From Candidatus Omnitrophota bacterium (GTDB lineage: Bacteria > Omnitrophota > Gorgyraeia > Gorgyraeales > Gorgyraeaceae): a stretch of DNA of 63,790 bases. Every line of letters starts with the position of its first letter. Position 1 is the first letter of the stretch. Location of the stretch: the NCBI GenBank assembly GCA_018814825.1, contig JAHIYJ010000034.1:1-63790 (forward strand). Reading direction: 5' to 3'. Shown here one piece after another: positions 47,001 to 52,367 of the stretch. A program made the position numbers and the translations under genes. A model generated the notes under the pieces. It had not been told where the DNA came from. It saw only the letters and a program-made list of their open reading frames with translations, and made no database searches.

Positions 47001-47638
47001 TAATTTAGATTTGATGACTTTAAAGAATCCACTACTTTAGTTATAGAGATTGAAGAAGCATGCAGCCTACCCCCATCCACAGATACAAGTATTTCTCTTT
47101 CAATGCCTCCCGCTATATTACAGGAAGCCACTCCCTCCACCTTTTCCAGTTCATCCTTTATAAATTTTCTTGAGAGCCTTAGCAGTTCTGATGGGGACTT
47201 TTCTCCTATTACGCTCAGCGTGATAACAGGCATCTCAAATGGGTTGAACTTCATCACAATAGGATCGCTTGACCCCAGAGGAAGCCTCTCTTTTATAAGA
47301 TCTATTTTTTCCCTGACGCCCAATGAGGCAAAATCCATATTAGCGCCCCATCCAAACTCAGCAGTAACTATGGAGACTCCTTCTTTAGAGACAGAGCTTA
47401 TGCGTTTCAGATTACTTACTGTTCCGACTGTTTCTTCTATTATCTTTGTTATTAGCGTTTCTACTTCTTCTGGAGCGGCGTTTTCATATGTCGTAACTAT
47501 AGTGAGCTGAGGGTAAGTAATGGAGGGGAAAAGTTCTCTGGGGAGACGCGTCAGGGAAATAAACCCTAATATCAGAACCCCGATAAAGAACATAGAGGTT
47601 GTAACAGGTCTGTTTACTGAAAATTCTGGAAGATTCAT
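44096..47638 (-). CDS. RND efflux permease (AcrB/MdtB-like) with ~75-aa Pro/Lys-rich linker and C-terminal winged-helix DNA-binding-like domain
   Basis: 1180-aa ORF. The RND core runs to about aa 1040 (GLALGVGMLVDNAIVVIENI, last TM ILTLFVIPCIFTIVAGVI). The linker is KPKPAFVMPQSKPVPVLRTEKPLSIQLPESVKPEPKAEKPKIEPPAAIALPEKKPEG. The tail is LNKRQEQFLEHLRVKKKITRKEYSQLFKISVPTAARDLKELVDKNIIIARGPLGPGRWYEL. Confidence 0.88.
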   Translation of the reverse strand: MNLPEFSVNRPVTTSMFFIGVLILGFISLTRLPRELFPSITYPQLTIVTTYENAAPEEVETLITKIIEETVGTVSNLKRISSVSKEGVSIVTAEFGWGANMDFASLGVREKIDLIKERLPLGSSDPIVMKFNPFEMPVITLSVIGEKSPSELLRLSRKFIKDELEKVEGVASCNIAGGIEREILVSVDGGRLHASSISITKVVDSLKSSNLNYPAGTIEEHFYEYLIRTMGEFKVVPEIKETVVGKDKSEEDKVPEIPQEEQGEKKSRLIFLKDIADIKDTFQEKTSISRYNGQENISISVQKQAGVNTMRVAQNVRDKLVQIKRDLPPGMEVNIVYDQSIFIKKSIRGVMDAAIQGGILAFLVLFVFLRNIKASLIVAFSMPMSIMVAFSLMYFNGITLNMLSLGGLALGVGMLVDNAIVVIENIYSHLQKKKDIKEASKSGASEMSGAIFSSTLTTVAVFLPMIFVVGVAGQLFKELAFTVTFSLLASLVIALSLIPRLAAIKTDKLSKERPLVQNKKFTFGLESVYARIVPLVLKFKWIFLIAVLSVYVLSMGLFFFIDKEFMPKVDQREFVMKLTMPSGTKLDITDNVVKKIEEVFFGTKEVEGVAVSIGSSKKKDFASGLETMGSHQAQSIVTLKKGKQWPATSKVIERLKDKFSKLNLGGAEIEYVVQESVFKTALQGSAPIVIEIKGKKLDEIEKVAGYIKEDLLTIKGIYGIRTSLTQPAPETKVNIIKDRAALYNLSAAVIAQAAHTAIKGVVATKFKEEGREIDVRVRLRKEDRSNLSQVRNVLVYSPLDIQVPLSEVAYITQGIGPSEIKRLDQQRVVLVTANISDRALDKVIRDVKLMLDRIEREKISQLSSKDSEKDITLALSGESQQMNESFQSLRFALLLSILLVYMIMAAQFESLWQPFIIMFSVPLSIMGVLVALFVTHTPISVVVMLGVIILGGIVVNNGIILIDTINNLRSQGMDLTEAVIESGKTRLRPILMTTMTTVLGLLPLAMGIAEGSELQSPMAITVMGGLTISTILTLFVIPCIFTIVAGVIMPKADLKPKPAFVMPQSKPVPVLRTEKPLSIQLPESVKPEPKAEKPKIEPPAAIALPEKKPEGLSLKLNKRQEQFLEHLRVKKKITRKEYSQLFKISVPTAARDLKELVDKNIIIARGPLGPGRWYELKLEE

Positions 47639-47653
47639 TTTTCACTTTTAGTT

Positions 47654-48880
47654 TTATTTGGTGTTTTCTTGAACTTCTATAATTTTCACAGACATTCCAT
47701 CTTTTAATTCCTGGGGGGTATCAACAACTATTATCTCGTCCTCATAGACACCGGAGGATAGCACGGTAAAATCTGTGGTCACATAAGACACCTGGACTGT
47801 CTTGGAAGAAACTGTATTGTTTTTATCAACAATAAAAATTTTATAACCTTCTTCTACCTTATTGAGGCTTATGCTAGGCACAACTAGAGCGTCCTGAAAC
47901 TCAGCGACAGTAATCATGGCCCTGGCAAACATGCCAGGCAATAATAAAGCGTTTGAGTTTTCTATCCCCACTCTAATCGTAAGGGTCCTGGATTTCCCTT
48001 CTATAAGAGGAAAGACATTATCGACTGTCCCAAAAAAATCAGTGCCAGGATATGAATCCACCTTGACTTTTACTTCCTGACCGAGCGCTATCTTGTCTAT
48101 ATCTCTTTCCACAATACCCAGCTCCACAAATACCCGCATCGTATCATAAAGAGTAGCTATTTTATTATTCGGTGTAACAAATTCCCCTATCTCGGCATCC
48201 CTTGAACCTAGAACTCCGTCCCGCGGCGCGCATAGATCTGTTTTTTTAAACTCTGACTCTACTGACTTAAGCTCCACCTCGACTGATTCAGCCTGCAATC
48301 TAGCTGATTCCGCTTCCAGCTCCACTTCTTCCAGCTTCACTTTTATAATGCCTCCTATATCATAAAGCCTCTTGTGTATCTCCAGCTTCTTTTCTGCCGC
48401 AAGCGCTTGTACTTTTGCTGTTTCTAATTTACTTTTTGAGTAATCGACTTTCAGTTTAGCGTCTTTTTTATCTAGGTTTGCTATCAGATCTCCTTTATAT
48501 ATAATGTCCCCCTCTCTGAAATTAATAGACTCTATGACTCCATTGATCTCAAACTTCAGCTTTATTTCAAGCTCGCCTTTTACCGTACCCATTACAGGTA
48601 ATTCATCTTTAAAATCCGTGCGCGATACCCTAAAACACCTGACTGGTATGGCTTCAGTCCCTGGCCTAACGCCTTCAGGCTGAGCACCAGGTAAGGCGTC
48701 TGATTGCATATCTTCGGCTGTAAAGACACCCTTGGGCATTTCTCCCTGGACATCTTTTATAGCCGCCTTACCAGCTAGCTTGGTGGGTTTTTTCTTAAAC
48801 AGGGTAACGCCCCACACGATTAAAAAAGCCACCACCCATAAAAGTATAAAGCCTATAAGAAGGGTTTTTGATTTTTTCAT
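47654..48880 (-). CDS. RND periplasmic adaptor (membrane fusion protein, HlyD family)
   Basis: 408-aa ORF. N-terminal anchor, lipoyl/hairpin/beta-barrel order (GDIIYKGDLIANLD, coiled hairpin, GEFVTPNNKIATLYD, GMFARAMITV). Confidence 0.88.
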   Translation of the reverse strand: MKKSKTLLIGFILLWVVAFLIVWGVTLFKKKPTKLAGKAAIKDVQGEMPKGVFTAEDMQSDALPGAQPEGVRPGTEAIPVRCFRVSRTDFKDELPVMGTVKGELEIKLKFEINGVIESINFREGDIIYKGDLIANLDKKDAKLKVDYSKSKLETAKVQALAAEKKLEIHKRLYDIGGIIKVKLEEVELEAESARLQAESVEVELKSVESEFKKTDLCAPRDGVLGSRDAEIGEFVTPNNKIATLYDTMRVFVELGIVERDIDKIALGQEVKVKVDSYPGTDFFGTVDNVFPLIEGKSRTLTIRVGIENSNALLLPGMFARAMITVAEFQDALVVPSISLNKVEEGYKIFIVDKNNTVSSKTVQVSYVTTDFTVLSSGVYEDEIIVVDTPQELKDGMSVKIIEVQENTK

Positions 48881-48899
48881 GATCTTAAGCGTCAGGTCC

Positions 48900-50735
48900 T
48901 TATTTCATGTTTGCCAACATAAAACCTTTGTTATCCAGAAACAGCGCGTATCCCGTAGCCTTGTTTAATTTAGCCAAGGCCTGATATAAACTTCCTATTG
49001 ACTCTATGTAAAATAATTTTTCATCAGAAAGGCTCATGTAAGCTTTTATGAGTTCTGAGATTGGTATTTCATTCAATTCTGTCCGCGCCTTCGTGATTTT
49101 AAGCTCCTCTTCTCTGTATTTAATCTTGTCGAGATTAGTATTAACCTGGACAAGGCCTTTTTTGTAATTTAAATAAGATTCTTTTGCCTCTTTAATGACC
49201 AATTCCCTGGCTTTCTGCAAATCTTCTTTTGCTTTCTTAAACCCTATTTCCGCGGATTTCCGCTCAGAAAACGCCTGCATACCGTCAAGAAGGCCTAATT
49301 CCACGGCCTTACTAATTGATGATGTCCTTGAAGTCTGGCCATGTTTTTCGCTGGTCTCCTCCTTTGTATAGGAAGTGGATAGCGTATTTGACCCTAAAGG
49401 CTTGGAAACCTTTAGGCCAATAAACCAATCCTTATCCATATTAAGCGTCTCGGTTTCATACGCCCCGCCTGACTTTCCATAAGAACCCGTAAGGTCAACT
49501 TTTATCCGGTCTTTGCTTTCTGATATCTTCTTTTCATACTCGTTAAACTCCACCATATATTCCTTGGCTTTTAGATCAGGCCTGTTTCTAAAAGCCATCT
49601 CCAGGTAATCCTCAAATTCGAAGTCTAAATAAATAGGTTTCAGCTCAACAAGATTAATATCTGTATCTATAACAGATTCTAATTTATCAGGGTTTTCAAT
49701 ACCCATTGCCTGCGCCAATGTCAACTTGGCCATCTCCATGTCATTATTGCTTGAAGTCATTTGATAATTAATCTGTTTTATCTGAGATTCAACCTGTAAA
49801 AATTCCGACCTTGTAGTCAGGCCCATATCAAATCGCTTTTTAGCTATATCAAAAATTTTCTGTGTCTGATCCAAAAGGGTTTTCTGTGTTTCGAGATTAA
49901 GCTTGCTTGCCAGATAGGCATAAAATCCTGTTTCCACTTCTATCCGTATTTCCTGAAGGGCCTTATCGTAATTATGCCTTGATGCATTTACATTACTGAT
50001 AGCCTGTTCAACCGCGTATTTAAGCCTCCCCGCATAGTACAGAGGGTATTCAAACTTAAGTTTATATTCCTTATCAGTAAAATCCTGGGTCGAACCAGTG
50101 GTCTGCCCTATTGTCTCCATATAATTCAAACTTGATGCCGGGAAAAGCGCTCGGTGCGCCTCTCTGAGCTTAAGCCTTGCCAATTCCACCTCTTCAGACG
50201 CAATCTTTGCGGCCATCTGATTTTCCAGAGCAATATCAACTGCGTCATTAATATTATATAAATCTAATTTTTCTCCTTCAATTTTGTTCTCAGTGGTTCT
50301 GTAAATCTTAGCCTTCTTATCTGACATCTGTTCCGGTGTCTTAACCTGAGCCTTTAAATCAAATATCACAGGCACCTCTATCCATAAATCTTCTTCCCCT
50401 AATGCCTCAGGAAAAGGTTGAAACCTGTCGTATTTCCAAACCGCATTGAGACACAAATTATCAAGCTCCTGGCTGCCTGACGACTCTGACACATAGGCAT
50501 CTTTCACCTCACCCCATGGAGAAAGAAGCAGCTTTATTCTTATTTCTCCTCTGGAATCACGCAAAACAGATTCGCTGGGTGTCAAAATGTCTGCGTAAAT
50601 ATCTCTTGATATTTCAAGAATATAATTTGTGATAATATCCGAAGGATGAGGATAGGCAAATGATATGGTTTGTGAAAATGCTGTAATTATAATAATTACG
50701 ATGAGATATAATAATATGATACGCTTTATAAACAT
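48900..50735 (-). CDS. TolC-family outer membrane factor with N-terminal TonB C-terminal-like domain
   Basis: 611-aa ORF. After the signal peptide comes GEIRIKLLLSPWGEVKDAYVSESSGSQELDNLCLNAVWKYDRFQPFPEALGEEDLWIEVPVIFDL (TonB_C pattern). About aa 160-611 has the duplicated OMF coiled/barrel repeats (AVDIALENQMAAKIASEEVELARLKLREA, LTTRSEFLQVESQIKQ). Confidence 0.85.
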   Translation of the reverse strand: MFIKRIILLYLIVIIIITAFSQTISFAYPHPSDIITNYILEISRDIYADILTPSESVLRDSRGEIRIKLLLSPWGEVKDAYVSESSGSQELDNLCLNAVWKYDRFQPFPEALGEEDLWIEVPVIFDLKAQVKTPEQMSDKKAKIYRTTENKIEGEKLDLYNINDAVDIALENQMAAKIASEEVELARLKLREAHRALFPASSLNYMETIGQTTGSTQDFTDKEYKLKFEYPLYYAGRLKYAVEQAISNVNASRHNYDKALQEIRIEVETGFYAYLASKLNLETQKTLLDQTQKIFDIAKKRFDMGLTTRSEFLQVESQIKQINYQMTSSNNDMEMAKLTLAQAMGIENPDKLESVIDTDINLVELKPIYLDFEFEDYLEMAFRNRPDLKAKEYMVEFNEYEKKISESKDRIKVDLTGSYGKSGGAYETETLNMDKDWFIGLKVSKPLGSNTLSTSYTKEETSEKHGQTSRTSSISKAVELGLLDGMQAFSERKSAEIGFKKAKEDLQKARELVIKEAKESYLNYKKGLVQVNTNLDKIKYREEELKITKARTELNEIPISELIKAYMSLSDEKLFYIESIGSLYQALAKLNKATGYALFLDNKGFMLANMK

Positions 50736-50756
50736 AACTTCTCCTAGTAAGGGAGA

Positions 50757-50785
50757 AGTATATCATACTATTATTATTTTGTCAA
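50757..50785 (-). promoter_or_regulatory. Sigma70 promoter for the RND efflux operon
   Basis: Minus-strand reading: TTGACA (50780-50785), 17-nt spacer AAATAATAATAGTATGA, TATACT (50757-50762). It lies about 21 nt upstream of ATG 50735, which has SD AGGAGAAG. Confidence 0.6.
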
Positions 50786-50818
50786 TAGTAGGTAAGTGAT
50801 ACGGTGTTGATACGGTTA

Positions 50819-50936
50819 CCCCGCACCTTTTTATATTCAGGCATTTTCTTAAAAAGATTGAATGGTTAAAAGGTGCGGGGTAAGTTCGGACAGATGGGTT
50901 ATGAAAATCAAAGATTTTCGTAACCCATGTCCTCAC
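50819..50936. repeat. Structured intergenic repeat, copy A (two hairpins), abutting the ROK gene stop codon
   Basis: Plus-strand reading. Hairpin 1 is CCCCGCACCTTTT, a 36-nt loop, AAAAGGTGCGGGG. Then TAAGTTC. Hairpin 2 is GGAC AG ATGGGTTATGAAAATC AAAG ATTTTCGTAACCCAT GTCC, followed by TCAC. By manual alignment, 64 of the last 69 nt are identical to copy B. Confidence 0.85.
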
Positions 50937-52178
50937 TTAAGCCTTTATAAAGACCTCACGTATTACTATGCTCGCGGCACCCAGAGCAACAGCGTCTTTC
51001 CCAAGCTGAGCTGGTATAATCTTTACTATATTTGCAGGCTCTTCAAATGCCCATTTCCTTACTGTCCTTCTAAGAGGTTCGAGGAACAGGCTGCCTGCTT
51101 TCTCAACTCCGCCCCCTATTATAACTATCTCAGGATTAAAGAGGTTCACCAGATACGCTATACGCACGCCAAGATTAACAGCAGCGTCTTCTAGGAGCTC
51201 TATGGCAAGCGTATCACCGGCCTTTGCCGCGTCTATGATATGGTTCACTGCCATCTTATCCAGGTCGTTGCCGCAGATTTGAGGTATAGTAGATTCTATG
51301 CCCTCTTCCTTTATAAGTTTCTGCGCCCTGCTTATAAGCCCAAGATCAAGGCCCATAGGCAATAATAACGATAGGTTCTTTGACATCTTAAGGTAATCGC
51401 CGTTCCTGGGATAATTTATGCGAATCTCTCCTGCTGACCCGCTCGCTCCGCAATATATACCGCCTTTTATTATGATACCTGAGCCCACATCAGAATACAT
51501 ATAGATAACATCTTCGACATCCATGGGAAGAGCGTGCATTTTTTCGCCAAAAGCCGCGAATGTGGCATCGTTCCCCAGAAAAGAGGGGATCTCGAATCTT
51601 TCCTCTATCATGCCTTTTATGGACACATAACTTGTGCGTATCCCGTTTTTGCTTGAATCCCTTACAGTGCCAAGGCCCTTGTCTATAACACCTCCTATTC
51701 CTATACCAACACCTCTCACCTTTTCTTTTATGACTCCTTTTTTACCCATCAGTTCTTCTATCATATCAAGAGACTGATCTATGATCCTATCCATGGAGTC
51801 TTTTGCCCTTAACTTGTCTATTTTCGATATAATCTTGCCCGATAGATCCGTAACCACTCCTATCATCGTAGCGCCTTCAGAACCCGTATGCCCCAGATCA
51901 AGGCCTATGGCGTAACCATGCTCCTCATTCAATTTGACCAGGGTAGGCTTCCTACCCCCGGAAGACGCTTCCATGCCCCCTTCTATGACAAGCTTCTCGT
52001 TTATATAGGTATTGACATAATTTGATACGGTTACTATGTTCAGGTCTGTGATCTTGGAGATATCAGCCCTTGTGATAGGCCCGTTTCTTCGTATAAACTC
52101 CAATATTGAGAAATTTTTTTTCTCGTGGTCCGAAAGCAAACTTCCCTCTAACGCCCGGTTTCTATTGGTAATTGGCAT
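50937..52178 (-). CDS. ROK-family transcriptional regulator (NagC/XylR-like)
   Basis: 413-aa ORF with SD AAGGAGG. The N-terminal wHTH is ILEFIRRNGPITRADISKITDLNIVTVSNYVNTYI. ROK sugar-kinase fold motifs are AIGLDLG, GIGIGGVID and GASGSAGEI. The Cys-rich zinc motif is not evident. Confidence 0.88.
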   Translation of the reverse strand: MPITNRNRALEGSLLSDHEKKNFSILEFIRRNGPITRADISKITDLNIVTVSNYVNTYINEKLVIEGGMEASSGGRKPTLVKLNEEHGYAIGLDLGHTGSEGATMIGVVTDLSGKIISKIDKLRAKDSMDRIIDQSLDMIEELMGKKGVIKEKVRGVGIGIGGVIDKGLGTVRDSSKNGIRTSYVSIKGMIEERFEIPSFLGNDATFAAFGEKMHALPMDVEDVIYMYSDVGSGIIIKGGIYCGASGSAGEIRINYPRNGDYLKMSKNLSLLLPMGLDLGLISRAQKLIKEEGIESTIPQICGNDLDKMAVNHIIDAAKAGDTLAIELLEDAAVNLGVRIAYLVNLFNPEIVIIGGGVEKAGSLFLEPLRRTVRKWAFEEPANIVKIIPAQLGKDAVALGAASIVIREVFIKA

Positions 52179-52197
52179 GTGTCCCTCCTTTTAATGA

Positions 52198-52250
52198 GCA
52201 GACGACTTATGGAGCGCAGCGACATAAGTCGTAGGCTGAAAGCCGTCTGC
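52198..52250 (-). other. Multi-stem structured element in the ROK gene leader
   Basis: The plus strand reads GCAGACGACTTATGGAGCGCAGCGACATAAGTCGTAGGCTGAAAGCCGTCTGC. It can form a 10-bp stem ACGACTTATG/CATAAGTCGT, a mini-hairpin GGCT/AGCC and an outer stem GCAG(AC)/(GT)CTGC. It ends about 19 nt upstream of the ROK ATG. Confidence 0.4.
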
Positions 52251-52257
52251 GAATTAA

Positions 52258-52367
52258 CCCCGCACCTTCTTAATATTCATCGACTGTAAGAAATATATAA
52301 AAGGTGCGGGGTAAGTTCGGACTTATGGCTTACGAAAATCAAAGATTTTCGTAAGCCATGTCCTCAC
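52258..52367. repeat. Structured intergenic repeat, copy B, abutting the stop codon of the 929-aa OMP gene
   Basis: Same architecture as copy A. Hairpin 1 is CCCCGCACCTTCT, a loop of about 28 nt, AAAAGGTGCGGGG. Then TAAGTTC. Hairpin 2 is GGAC TT ATGGCTTACGAAAATC AAAG ATTTTCGTAAGCCAT GTCC, followed by TCAC. Confidence 0.85.

Noticed and set aside
50736-50762. Hairpin CTTCTCC/GGAGAAG as an SD-sequestering structure in the TolC-fusion gene leader
   Set aside because: The 5' arm overlaps the -10 hexamer of the predicted promoter. It would therefore lie upstream of the transcription start and be absent from the mRNA.
50894-50928. Mini-ORFs inside hairpin 2 of the repeats (M-G/A-Y-E-N-L in mRNA sense; M-G/A-Y-E-N-Q-R-F-S on the plus strand)
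   Set aside because: They are a by-product of the palindrome. The only SD-like sequence (GAGGA) is 1 nt from the ATG, and the copies differ by a non-synonymous change exactly at the compensatory stem position.
50819-52367. The repeats flanking the ROK gene as integron attC sites (the ROK gene as a gene cassette)
   Set aside because: Their position right after stop codons is suggestive. But no GTTRRRY/RYYYAAC core pair is present at the element ends, only two copies are visible, and no integrase gene lies in the window.
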